A stretch of 64,000 nt of DNA. Source: Macrostomum lignano. Taxonomy: Eukaryota. Positions 49,785 to 61,435 of the stretch are shown piece after piece. How positions within the stretch are numbered: the stretch's first letter is position 1; every line of letters begins with the position of its first letter. The stretch covers positions 124,001-188,000 of the forward strand of contig NIVC01000199.1 in NCBI GenBank assembly GCA_002269645.1, in the 5' to 3' direction. The notes beneath the pieces were generated by a model. It did not search any database, was not told the DNA's origin, and saw only the letters and a program-made list of their open reading frames with translations. A program made the position numbers and the translations under genes.

Positions 49785-51829
49785 GCAGGATCAGAATTAA
49801 ATTCAGGCAGAGCGAGAACTTCAGTAGAACACAATTTCTTCTTCAAAGTGTCGAACGCTACCTGATGCTCGGGAGTCCAATGCTGCCGTAGGCTGCCAAT
49901 GTCCTTTCGCGTCAGGGCATGCAGCGGCGCAGCCACTCCAGCGTAGCCGTCGACAAACTTGTGGTAGTAATTGGCGAGGCCTAGGAATTGTCTCAGTTGA
50001 GTAACGGACTGTGGCACGGGCCAATCACGGATCTGCGCAATCTTGTCCTCACAGGTCTTCAGGCCGTCGGGAGTCACGACGTGACCTAAATAATGCAGCT
50101 CCTTGAGGAACAAATGACACTTCTTCGGTTTCACTTTGAGGTTGGCTGCGATGATGCGCTGAAGTACAGTTCGCAAGTTATCCAGCTGTTCCTCGAAAGT
50201 CACTGAGTGCACCACGATGTCGTCCATGTAGCCAAGCGCAGTCTTTGGCGTCAGGCCGTCCAGGAGCTTATTGATGCAACGCTGAAAGCTGCCAGGACTG
50301 TCGTGGAGACCCATCGGTAGAACGTTGAAACAGAATTGGCCGCGGTCGATTACTGAGAATGCCGTCAAGTGCTGGTCGCAGTCGCGCAGCGGGATCTGCC
50401 AGAATCCTTGAGCAAGGTCCAAGCTAGAATACCACTGAGCACCACGAAGCTTCGCGAAGGTTTCCTGGATGTGCGGGAGCGGATACGGGTGATACACACA
50501 CCTGTCGTTGAGAGCTCTGAAGTCGTGGACTAGTCGGATGTTGCCGTCCTTCTTGGGCACGATGAGCATTGGCGAATTGTAGCTCGAGTAGGCAGGGCGA
50601 ATGATGTGCTTCGCCAGCATCTCGTCTAGCAGGGCGTCGAGTTTGTCCTTCAGATGAGGCGGGATTCGGCGCGGTGGTAGCGCGACTGGTGTCCGGTCCT
50701 TCAAGATGATCTCGTGGGTCACCAGGTGAGTCAGGCCGGCGTCTAGCGAGTGCTTGGAGAAGGCCGCTTGACATTCGACTAGTAGATCTCGCACTCTTTG
50801 ATGTTGTTCTTTGGACAATTCGCTGTTGATCTCGACTTCATCTAGCCATGCTGTGCTGGACTCTTCAGAGTTCTTCGGGAGGTGCCGCACTTCAGGTTCG
50901 GGCGTCTCGCTCAAGTACATCAGGTCGGCAGTTCGGAGTGGCGTCGCAACACCAACACGGATACCGGCTTGCAGGAACACCTCGCTGTCGGCGGTGTTGA
51001 CGACCTCAATGTAGCCGCGACCTTCAGGCATCGTCATCAGAGCAGGCGCTGCTTCCAGAGCGTTGCAGCTGGGATGCAGCCTCGACTTAACCAGCTCGAC
51101 AATTGATGGCGATCCTCGATTCTCAGGGTGGCCGTCATCCAGTCTGACGGCAAGCAGCGCTGAACTTCTAGGCGGCAGGGTGCACTTCTCAGAGGTGTAC
51201 ACTCGGCAGTTCTGAAGCTCACGCCGCGAATAACGAACAGGGATGCACGTGCCATTGTTGAACGTTAGCATTCCTTGAGCGAAGTCCAAGTTCTGGCAGT
51301 GCTCTCGCATAAACGATACGCCAAGCAAATTTTCACAATCGGAGACCGTAACGAGGAATTCGGTGTCCGCGACGACATCACCGAACTCCACCGGGATGGT
51401 CACCTTACAAGCAAGCGGGAGCTGCGTCCCGTCATACATAGTTACGCAATCGGGAATAGCATGCGATATAATACAACGAGGCATCCGGCGTCTAATAGCG
51501 GCCCAGGTTGACGAACCGAGGAAGTTTTTCCGGCTGCCGCTGTCTAGCAAGAAAGGGACCTCTCGACTCGCCACTCGACCTGTGACGTACGGATCGGCCT
51601 CACGCGCATGGATTTTTTGATTCGGGGAGGTGTCCACGAAACCTCCGCACTCAGCGTCGCTTACTGACGAGCGACTGTCGGACTGGGCATTGGCGCCTGC
51701 GCAGCCGACATCCTCTTCTTCTCGCGACCGTTCTGAATCTGCCAAGTAGCCTGGGCTTGGACCTCGCGGAGGGCGGTGCCGTTGTCGCTCTCCGCCTGGC
51801 CGTTTCCCTGGTTCTGGCGCATCGGGCAC
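49781..51829 (-). CDS. Gypsy pol N-terminal part: protease and reverse transcriptase
   Basis: LLDSGS (aspartic protease), RLVHDFRALN, LDLAQGFWQ, LPMGL, YMDD; out of frame with RNase H at ~49784. Confidence 0.92.
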   Translation of the reverse strand: MPDAPEPGKRPGGERQRHRPPRGPSPGYLADSERSREEEDVGCAGANAQSDSRSSVSDAECGGFVDTSPNQKIHAREADPYVTGRVASREVPFLLDSGSRKNFLGSSTWAAIRRRMPRCIISHAIPDCVTMYDGTQLPLACKVTIPVEFGDVVADTEFLVTVSDCENLLGVSFMREHCQNLDFAQGMLTFNNGTCIPVRYSRRELQNCRVYTSEKCTLPPRSSALLAVRLDDGHPENRGSPSIVELVKSRLHPSCNALEAAPALMTMPEGRGYIEVVNTADSEVFLQAGIRVGVATPLRTADLMYLSETPEPEVRHLPKNSEESSTAWLDEVEINSELSKEQHQRVRDLLVECQAAFSKHSLDAGLTHLVTHEIILKDRTPVALPPRRIPPHLKDKLDALLDEMLAKHIIRPAYSSYNSPMLIVPKKDGNIRLVHDFRALNDRCVYHPYPLPHIQETFAKLRGAQWYSSLDLAQGFWQIPLRDCDQHLTAFSVIDRGQFCFNVLPMGLHDSPGSFQRCINKLLDGLTPKTALGYMDDIVVHSVTFEEQLDNLRTVLQRIIAANLKVKPKKCHLFLKELHYLGHVVTPDGLKTCEDKIAQIRDWPVPQSVTQLRQFLGLANYYHKFVDGYAGVAAPLHALTRKDIGSLRQHWTPEHQVAFDTLKKKLCSTEVLALPEFNSDPA

Positions 51830-52935
51830 TGGGTGTTGCGATGACCGGGCTGTCCGCAGCTATAGCAGATTATAGCTCTCTTTGGCGGGCTGGCTACCTG
51901 CTGTTGGTCACGCTGCACCAGGTGATCCAGCATTCGCTGCTGCTTCTCGATCAAGTCGGTTAGAGTCAGCAAGGCTTGGGCGGTGACGTCGGGTTTCGGG
52001 TCGCCGTCCTCCTCCCCGTCCAACATCCTAACCGGGGGTTGAGCAGATCGGTGCGCCAATTCTTTGGCGCCTTCTAGTCGTCGTAGCTCTCGAATCGCAG
52101 CAAGAAGATTGTTCGGGCGAACCCAGTACAGCCGTTCGCGCAGATCTGGAGTCGTCCGGATACCAGCAAGAAATTGATCAGTAATCTCCTTCTCGCGGTC
52201 TTCAGGATGCATTCGAGGATATGCACGTTCACCCAGAGTTCTCAGGGCGTCAGCGAACTCTTCTGCTGACTCATTCTTGCCTTGTTGACGACGTCGCAAC
52301 AGTTCTCGATACTCATCAGCACCACCATGACGGGCAAATCGCTCAATCAGACGTTGCTTGACCTCCTCGTAGCTGGCGAAACGCGGAAGATTCATACCAA
52401 GCAAGGCTGGATACGCAGTAGCCAAATCGAGACTCGCGATGAGGTGTTGCTTCATCTCGAACGGGTCGACGATTCGCTCCATCTCGCAACGCTGCTCGAA
52501 CGCGGCAAGCCAGACATGAATGTCCTGACTTGGAGTATACTTCACAATCTTAACTTGTTTACTCACAGGCCGCTCCATCTGCTGCTGCAGAGCTGCCATC
52601 ATGGTCCTCACGTCCTGGTGCGTGATGTTCCGGCCGATGTTGTCCAGGCCTTGCAGAAGCTCGTCTGGCGGGTCGTCGGACACGTCGCTTCTGGCACCTC
52701 GCCTCGGCGTCGGCTGCTGACCAAAGTCGTTGATCGCTGCTGCTGCTGCGGCGTCCGCTGCCGCAGGCCTCGAACTGCTGATGTGCTGATCCAGCCGGCT
52801 GCTGCACCGGCTCTCGTCTCGTTCGTTGAACATGTTGAACTCGTAGTAGTTACTGGCCGATGTCGTTCTCGAAAGAGCGGTTGGCTTGGGTGTGTCGTAG
52901 TCGGATCCCACCGCTGCTTCACCAGTGAAGTACAA
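51661..52935 (-). CDS. Gypsy gag with CCHC zinc knuckle
   Basis: WLAAFE, QGKNESAEEFADALR, CYSCGQPGHRNTQC; true ATG lies downstream of the annotated TTG. Confidence 0.9.
   Translation of the reverse strand: MYFTGEAAVGSDYDTPKPTALSRTTSASNYYEFNMFNERDESRCSSRLDQHISSSRPAAADAAAAAAINDFGQQPTPRRGARSDVSDDPPDELLQGLDNIGRNITHQDVRTMMAALQQQMERPVSKQVKIVKYTPSQDIHVWLAAFEQRCEMERIVDPFEMKQHLIASLDLATAYPALLGMNLPRFASYEEVKQRLIERFARHGGADEYRELLRRRQQGKNESAEEFADALRTLGERAYPRMHPEDREKEITDQFLAGIRTTPDLRERLYWVRPNNLLAAIRELRRLEGAKELAHRSAQPPVRMLDGEEDGDPKPDVTAQALLTLTDLIEKQQRMLDHLVQRDQQQVASPPKRAIICYSCGQPGHRNTQCPMRQNQGNGQAESDNGTALREVQAQATWQIQNGREKKRMSAAQAPMPSPTVARQ
52905..52924 (-). other. Primer-binding site (tRNA-Leu-like)
   Basis: TGGTGAAGCAGCGGTGGGAT, 1 nt from the 5' LTR. 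Confidence 0.75.
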
Positions 52936-53925
52936 TGGGGTTTCTTCCCGGTTTAGGCCCTTGCGGATTACCTTCAGACTTGGGCCTCTTCAGTGGGAAG
53001 TTCTCTCAACTTTCTCAGTAGCGTAGGTAGTGCTGCCACCAGTTCCTTCAGGTCTCGGCCTTTGATGAGGTGAGCTTCCCGTCGGAACGAAATAAACAAG
53101 TCAACGAACTCAGCACAGCGTGCAGATTTGCAGATTAATGAACAAGGCGTCCTGATCAGCAGATCCCCGCCGGGCTCAGGGGTGACTGGGAAGGCAGTGT
53201 TAGCCTCCCTTAGGCTTGGGCTTTAGTGGGGTCTCAGTCAGACCAGTACAAACGGATTCAGTACGCAAAGGGCACTTAGTTAGACACTGACGCACACGGG
53301 TTCTTAGTGAATTCTCCGCAGATAAGAAGCCAAAACAATTCCTTGACGGAAACAAGGGGAGAGGGGTCCTATTTATAGCCGGGAAACACCCACGCACAAG
53401 ACCTCGTGACTTGTTCTATTTTTAGAACTGACGTCACTTGAGATCTCGAGGCAGGGTCTCAGTGCGCGCAAGACCTCGTGACTCGTTCTATTTTTAGAAC
53501 TGACGTCACTTGAGGTCTCCGGCCAGGGTACACGCGGCTGTGACTCAGTTGCTATTTTTAGCAACATGAGTCACTCCTCTCCTTAGAGAAGGGAGGGGTC
53601 CGAAAGCACGTGATTCTCCCGGTAAACAGGGCCAACGAGTGCAGTAAACATGTTTACTGCACTTTAGGACTCGAAGAACGCAGAGTCTGTCATGTGACTT
53701 GCTCACATGACAGAGGAAAACGGGACGGGAACGCAACAGAGACAGCCCACAGCAGAGAAGCTGAGGGCTGAGAACAGAGACGCAGAAGGGCAGAACAGGC
53801 CAAGGGCAGCAACAGACGGGCCAAGGGGGTGGGAAGCTGACCAGCGGCAGACAGCAACCTAGGGCGAGGGCGAGGAAGACTGCTGACAAAGTGGGACGCC
53901 TAACATCAACTAGCGGATCACTACA
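52926..53925 (-). repeat. 5' LTR
   Basis: Adjacent to the PBS; matches 45002-46001. Confidence 0.95.
53370..53508 (-). promoter_or_regulatory. LTR promoter: TATA box and two CRE-like palindromes in a 72-bp duplication
   Basis: TATAAATA (minus) 53370-53377; TGACGTCA at 53429-53436 and 53501-53508. Confidence 0.55.
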
Positions 53926-55742
53926 ATATACTACCTTGCCCTTGCCTTGCCCCAATCTACCTTGATCTTTTTGCAAATTTTTTCAATGCTACTTTAGGAT
54001 TTAAATTGGGATCCTATCTAGCCTCTAATTTACTAGACTATATAGTTTTGTTTTAAGAAATGTTTTAAAAAATTGTTTTTTTCTCTTTCTCTTTTCTTTT
54101 TTTTCTTGGTAACTTTTTTAATTTTTGTTTATAGGAAAATCAATTAATATTGTAACTTATCTAGGCTAATAGTATCCTCATCTAGCTAGATTGGATAGGT
54201 TGCCTAGGTATTATATATATAATCATATCAAGAACTAATACTATAAAAAGCCTATATCTAATCATCCAACTTTTTTAAGTTATAGTCATTGCCTATTATT
54301 TAATATTTAAGCCTAAAATTATATCATTATTCTTAAAGCATTCTATTAATAGGTAAAACCAATCAAATAGTAAAAGCTCAACATAATATAGACTATTGTT
54401 GAAATTAAAATTTATAGTAAAACTTGACTTACAAAATGACTTTTTCCTAGAATTTTGTGTTATACTGGAATAAAAAGAACAATAGAAGCGCATAAAATTT
54501 GAGAATAGGTTAACTTTTTATATTGCACCTTCTCAAAAAAATAATCAATTTGCTAGCCTTTTGTGTCATATAGATATTTAACAATTCTAAGGTTAGCTTT
54601 TTCTTACAAATATTAGTGTTTTAAATATAGCCCCCTTTAACTTTCATCAGCAGCCTAACAACATTTGTCTGTATTAGCTCTGACTTTGTTGGTCTTTCAT
54701 TGGCCTTCACCCAAGTAGAGCTTCTAGATATTTAGTTAGAGGTGAATGATAGTGTTTATAGACACCCTGTTACAAATATATACTTAGCAACATTGAAAGG
54801 TCGCCACCCTTCACCTAGCCAACCATTTTGTTATTAAAAATGCTTTTAAAAACAATGAAAACCGGGCAGAAGCTTCAATCCATCTAGTCTTTGCCCTCTG
54901 CTCTTCCCAATCCCTCCTCACCCAGCTCAACTCTGTGTCATGTGGTGCAAGCTGCGTCACTCAAAAGTCAATAATGAGCTGGAATTTACTGCACACTCTC
55001 AATTGGTGGCGACTTTTTAATGTTGTTGAGTATATATGCTTCTATCTCTCATCAAGCGTTAACAGTGGGCAAACCTTGATTGCCAAACCTTAGCAATCAA
55101 GCATTAAAAATGGTTTTGTAAGTTGGATAACTCTCAATATTCATTCCAGTGGGTGAAAAATGGCTTAGTATTCCTATTGCTACTGTTATTAAGCAGATCT
55201 AAACCTCTAGTTAAAATTGCAGCAATCCACCTATACTAAATCTAAGATTTGTATGCTTGCTTGCTTGCTTGTCCATCCACCTATATCCATCCATCCATCC
55301 ATTCCATCCTCTACCCAACCCACCTATACTAAATCTCTAAGATATGTTTGTTTTTCTGTTTGTAACGCTCTAGAGATTGCAATTCTTGACTAATTTTGAT
55401 CACATTTTCGCCAAAAGATTCACAATTGTCTGGAAAGAAGACAGTTAAAATTTATTGTATCTGCTTCAATGCTAAAGGTATTAAATATTCGAAAAATGAG
55501 TTTTCCTAATGCTTTCAATGGGAGGCCAAACAAGGTTGAATTCCTGACTGGCTGAATTCCAATTTCAATTATGATTGCATCATAACTCTGTACTGAATAT
55601 TCTCGCTATAAACTGGCTCTGAGCTTTTTTAGGTTAAGGCATTGTGCTAAGCATTGCGCATGCACTCTGGAGAGAGGGAAATCAGCCATGCATTTTAAAA
55701 GTATTGAAATTATTGAGGGTGTACAATATTATGTACATTGGT

Positions 55743-56100
55743 GGGCCGTAGCCCAGTGGTAGCGCAGCTGCTCTGGTGTGCCAGCGACCCAGGCTCGATT
55801 CCAAGTGCAGTCACATTAATTTAGGGCTGAATTGGAATCTCGGCTTGGCTCTGCTTGTGCAATTAACGGCCTTGAGAGCCAACCCCCCAAGGCGCAGTGA
55901 AGTGTACATGCCTAACGATAATATAAAGTTAGGGCCGCTGTACACTCCTGTGTGAGTGTGTGCCTGCGTACGTATCCGCGCGCTTGTATGCCTGCTCAGG
56001 GGAGTCGGCGGAATGGGCAGTAATGCCTCTCGCCGGTTGTGTGCCTATGTCGCTTAAAGTGCGCCAGGGTGCACACAACCCCCCTGCCTCTAATAAAAAA
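55743..56100 (+). mobile_element. tRNA-derived SINE, copy 3 (most complete)
   Basis: GGGCCGTAGCCCAGTGGTAGCGC head, B-box-like GGCTCGATTCC, TAATAAAAAA tail. Confidence 0.8.
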
Positions 56101-56837
56101 ATATTATGTACGTTTATACTTCTTTCCCCTGTCTAGAATTTCGCTATATGGAACCAAAGCATTTCGATCTACAGAGGACTGAAGGCCTGAACCAATTTTG
56201 ATCGCATTTTCGCCAAAAGATTCAAAATTGTTTGGAAAGAAGACAGTTAAAATTTCTTTAATCTGTTTCAATGCTAAAGGTATTCGAAAAACGAGTTTTC
56301 CTAATGCTTTAATGGGACTCCAAACCAGGTTGAATTCTTGACTGGCTGAGTTCCAATTTCAAAAATGACTGCGCCACAACTTTTCTCTATTCACTGTGTA
56401 GGCCCCAATACTGGCTGCAGTGTGCAGGGGAGAGGAAAATGCTCAGGGGCTGCGTGTACATTCTGACCCTGGCTGACTGGCGGACTGCATAGACAATTGC
56501 TATTTATAGATTTCACTCAACTGTGCATTGGCTCTGCCGAAGTGCCGTAGCATATATGGCTGATTTTGTCTCCCCCGATCAATAGGCGGAGTAGCCGCGC
56601 TGTAGGCACTAGGACTAGGTTTAGGCTAGGCGTAAGGTCCCAGGTTCGAGTCCCGGCCCCGGCTGACAATTTAAATTGAGTTAATTCACTAGCAATCTTC
56701 GCCCCCCGATGGGGGACATCTAGATAGAATCTCTGTTCTCTACAAGTATCAATAAGATGGCCAAACAAAGCCTTCACATAGTCAATAGAAAAACTGCTCA
56801 GATGAAGTGCAATGCGAAAAGAAAACATCCTAAGACA

Positions 56838-57322
56838 GCAAGCATCCCCCCAGATAGCAAGCACCTCCAGATAGCAAGCATCCCCCAGATAGCAGGCACC
56901 CCCCAGATAGCAAGCATCCCCCAGATAGCAAGCACCCCCAGATAGCAGGCACCCCCAGATAGCAAGCATCCCCCAGATAGCAAGCACCCCAGATAGCAAG
57001 CACCCCCAGATAGCAAGCACCCCGGATAGCAAGCATCCCCAGATAGCAAGCGACCCCAGATAGCAGGCACCCCCAGATAGCAGGCACCCCCAGATAGCAA
57101 GCACCCCAGATAGCAAGCACCCCCAGATAGCAAGCACCCCAGATAGCAAGCACCCCCAGATAGCAAGCACCACCAGATAGCAGGCACCCCCAGATAGCAG
57201 GCACCCCCAGATAGCAAGCACCTCCAGATAGCAAGCACCCCCAGATGGCAAGCACCACCAGATAGCAAGCACCCCCAGATAGCAGGCTTTCCCAGATAGC
57301 AAGCACCCCCAGATAGCAGGCG
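56838..57322. repeat. 16-17-bp minisatellite CAGATAGCAAGCACCCC
   Basis: Direct reading; source of the GACYL/AIWG ORFs. Confidence 0.95.
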
Positions 57323-60300
57323 ACATGGTGGCTTTTTACTGTTAGACATGGTGGCTCTTTAATGTTAGACATGGTGGCTCTTTAATGTTCGACATGGTGG
57401 TTCTTTAATGTTAGACATGGTGGCTCTTCTATGTTTAACAATGTGGCTCTTTAATGTTTTACATGGTGGCTCTTTAATGTTCGACATGGTGGTTCTTTAA
57501 TGTTCGACATGGTGGCTCTTTAATGTCAGACATGGTGGCTCTTTAATGTTCGACATAGTGGCTCTTTAATGTTAGACATAGTGGCTCTTCTATGTTTGAC
57601 ATGGTGGCTCTTCTATTTTTGACATGGTGGCTCTTTAATGTTTGACATAGTGGCTCTTTAATGTTAGACATGGTGGCTCTTCTATGTTTGACATGGTGGC
57701 TCTTCTATTTTTGACATGGTGACTCTTTAATGTTTGACATGGTGGTCCTTTAATTTTTGACATGGTGGCTCTTTAATGTTCGACATGGTGGTTCTTTAAT
57801 GTTCGACATGGTGGCTCTTTAATGTTCTACATGGTGGCCCTTTAATGTTCGACATGGTGGCTCTTTACTGTTAGACATGGTGGCTCTTTAATGTTCGATA
57901 TGGTGGCACTTTAATGTTTGACATCATGCCAGATTTATGTTTGACATGGTGGCTCTTTAATGCTCGACATGGTGGCTCTTTTAGGTTTGACATGGTGGCT
58001 CTTTAATGTTCGACATGGTGGTTCTTTAATGTTCGACATGGTGGCTCTTTAATGTTCTACATGGTGGCCCTTTAATGTTCGACATGGTGGCTCTTTACTG
58101 TTAAACATGGTGGCTCTTTAATGTTCGATATGGTGGCACTTTAATGTTTGACATCATGCCAGATTTATGTTTGACATGGTGGCTATTTAATGTTCGACAT
58201 GGTGGCTCTTTTAGGTTTGACATGGTGGCTCTTTAATGTTCGACATGGTGGTTCTTTAATGTTCGATATGGTGGCTCTTTAATGTTCTACATGGTGGCCC
58301 TTTAATGTTCGACATGGTGGCTCTTTACTGTTAGACATGGTGGCTCTTTAATGTTCGATATGGTGGCACTTTAATGTTTGACATCATGCCAGATTTATGT
58401 TTGACATAGTGGCTCTTTAATGTTTGGCATGGTGGCTCTTTTCTGTTAGACATGGTGGGTCTTTTTGGTTTGACATGATGGCACTTTTATGTTTTGACAT
58501 GGCGGCTCTTTAATGTTTTACATGGTGGCTCTTTAATGTTCGACATGGTGGCTCTTTAATGTTCGACATGGTGGCTCTTTAATGTTCGAAATGGTGGCTC
58601 CTTAATGTTTGTCATAAAGTCAAATATATGTTTGACATAAATTCACATATATGTTTGACATAAAGTCAGATATATGTTTGACATAAAGTCACATATATGT
58701 TTGACATAAAGTCACATATATGTTCGACATGGTGGCTCTTTTTAACATCTAACATGGTGGCTCTTTTTAACATCTAACATGGTGGCTCTTCTATGTTTAA
58801 CATGGTGGCTCTTTAATGTTCTTCATGGTGGCTCTTTAATGTTCTTCATGGTGGCTATTTTTTGTTCTACATGGTAACTCTTTTATGTTTGATACGGTGG
58901 CTTTTTAATGTCTGACATGTTGGCTCTTTTATGTTTGACATGGTGGCTCTTTAGTGTTCGACAAAGTGGCTCTTTAATGTTTGAAATGGTGGCTCTTTTA
59001 TGTTCGACATGGTGGCTCTTTTAGGTTTGACATGGTGGCTCTTAAATGTTTCACATGGTGGCTCTTTAATTTTTTACATGGTGGCTCTTTGATGTTCTTC
59101 ATGATATAGCTCTTTTATGTTACACATGGTGGCACTTTAATGTTCGACATGGTGGCTCTTAAATGTTTGACATGGTGGCTCTTAAATGTTTGACATGGTG
59201 GCTCTTTAATATTCTACATGGTGGCTCTTTTATGCTCGACATGGTGGCTCTTTAAGTTTGACATGGTGGCTCTTAAATGTTTGACATGGTGGCTCTTTAA
59301 TGTTCGACACGGTGGCTCTTTAATGTTCGAAATGGTGGCTCTTTTATGTTTGACACGGTGGCTTCTAATTGTTTGACATGGTGGCTCTCTATGTTTGACA
59401 TGGTGGCTCTTTTATGTTCGACATGGTGGATCTTTTTGTTCTACATGGTAACTTTTTTATATTTGATACGGTCGCTTTTTAATGTCTGACATGTTGGCTC
59501 TTATATGTTTGACATGGTGGCTCTTTAAGTTTGACATGGTGGCTCTTAAATGTTTGACATGGTGGCTCTTTAATGTTCGACACGGTGGCTCTTTAATGTT
59601 CGAAATGGTGGCTCTTTTATGTTTGACATGGTGGCTTCTAATTGTTTGACATGGTGGCTCTTTAATGTTCAAAATGGTGGCTCTTTAATGTTCGACATGG
59701 TGGCTCTTTAATGTTTGAAATGATGGCTCTTTTATGTTTGACATGGTGGCTCTTTTATGTTTGACCTGGTGGCTCTTTTAAGTTTGATAAGGTGGCTCTT
59801 TAATGTTCGACATGGTGGCTCTTTTATGTTTGACATGGTGGCTCTTTTATGTTTGACATGGTGGCTCTTTTATGTTTGACATGGTGGCTCTTTAAGTTTG
59901 ACATGGTGGCTCTTAAATGTTTGACATGGTGGCTCTTTAATGTTCGACACGGTGGCTCTTTAATGTTCGAAATGGTGGCTCTTTTATGTTTGACATGGTG
60001 GCTTCTAATTGTTTGACATGGTGGCTCTTTGATGTTCAAAATGGTGGCTCTTTAATGTTCGACATGGTGGCTCTTTAATGTTTGAAATGATGGCTCTTTT
60101 ATGTTTGACATGGTGGCTCTTTTATGTTTGACCTGGTGGCTCTTTTAAGTTTGATAAGGTGGCTCTTTAATGTTCGACATGGTGGCTCTTCTATGTTTGA
60201 CATGGTGGCTCTTCTATTTTTGACATGGTGGCTCTTTAATGTTTGACATAGTGGCTCTTTAATGTTAGACATGGTGGCACTTTAATGTTTGACATCATGC

Positions 60301-60728
60301 CAGATTTATGTTTGACATGGTGGCTCTTTAATGCTCGACATGGTGGCTCTTTTAGGTTTGACATGGTGGCTCTTTAATGTTCGACATGGTGGTTCTTTAA
60401 TGTTCGACATGGTGGCTCTTTAACGTTCAACATGGAGTCACATATATGTTGGACATGGTGGCTCTTTAATGTTAGACATGGTGGCTCTTTAAATTTTTTT
60501 CATGGTGGCTCTTAAATGTTTGACATGATGGCTCTTTATTATTTGACATGGTGGCTCTTTAATGTTTGACATGGTGGTTCTTTAATGTTCGACATGGTGG
60601 CTCTTTAATGTTCGACGTGGTGGCTCTTTAATGTTCGACATGGTGGCTCTTTAATGTTCGACGTGGTGGCTCTTTAATGTTCGACAAAGTGGCTCCTTTA
60701 TGTTTGACATGGTGGCTCTTTAATGTTT
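57322..60728. repeat. 23-bp satellite GACATGGTGGCTCTTTAATGTTC (~145 units) with higher-order blocks
   Basis: Direct reading; near-identical ORFs at 59457 and 59824 give a ~367-bp block; variant island GACATAAAGTCACATATATGTTT at ~58612-58725. Confidence 0.96.
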
Positions 60729-60821
60729 AAATTGTTTAAATTTAAATTGAGTTAATTCATTTATTGGTAGCTTGTGCATCGACTTATTGCAAAGTTTTTT
60801 CATGAATAGCAATTAAAACTA

Positions 60822-61430
60822 CACTCAGCAACAGTCAAAACCGCCACCCTACCGAGAGAGGCAACTTCTCTCTCACCTCAACTGCAAGTGACGTAACTTG
60901 CGCCACGGCGTGGCTAAAGCTGGGTGAGAGTGAATTCCAGGGTGAGAGTAAAAAAGGGACTGGGGTTGGGGTTGGGGGTGCAACAGTACACGTGACAATG
61001 GTCAGGCATATGACAGACGCTGAACGATGGCGCGCTGTTGGCATGCTAGAAGCTGGTGCATCCATCAGCGCAGTTCGACAATTCAACGTTCAACAATTCG
61101 AGCGCTATTAACGAAGTCCCAAGAGACTGGTAGTGTTCAACACGCAGCCATAGGCAGCCAGCGCCATGATCTCCGCGGCTCAACAGCCAGGGCAAATCGA
61201 CGTCTGCTGCGGATTGTCAGGCGAACTCCGACCGCGCCAGCCACCCTGCTCCGTCTAATGTGGGGTGAAAGAAGCAGATGGGGCATCCCATGTATCCCCT
61301 GATTGCCCTCTCCTGCATTCACTCTCACCCAGCTTTAGCCACGCCGTGGCACAAGTTACGTCACTTGCAGTTGAGGTGAAAGAGAAGTTGCCTTTCTCGG
61401 TAGGGTGGCGGTTTTGACTGTTGCTGAGTG
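60822..61430 (+). mobile_element. Internally deleted Tc1/mariner element (609 bp)
   Basis: 114-bp TIRs 60822-60935 and 61317-61430, TA duplication on both sides, transposase N-terminus MVRHMTDAERWRAVGMLEAGASISAV from 60998, then frameshifted. Confidence 0.9.
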
Positions 61431-61435
61431 TATTC

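Larger units (their letters stand above)
45002..53925 (-). mobile_element. Full-length Ty3/Gypsy LTR retrotransposon
   Basis: 1000-bp LTRs at 45002-46001 and 52926-53925 (TGTAG...CA on the minus strand); 4-bp TSD ATAT; PBS 52905-52924; PPT 46002-46013; order gag-PR-RT-RH-IN. Confidence 0.96.

Noticed and set aside
55385-56390. ~800-bp-spaced direct repeat flanking SINE copy 3 (55385-55565 vs 56195-56370)
   Set aside because: Too long and diverged for a TSD; looks like an ordinary old local duplication.
56517-60039. GACYL/AIWG and KEPPC ORFs
   Set aside because: Satellite translations.
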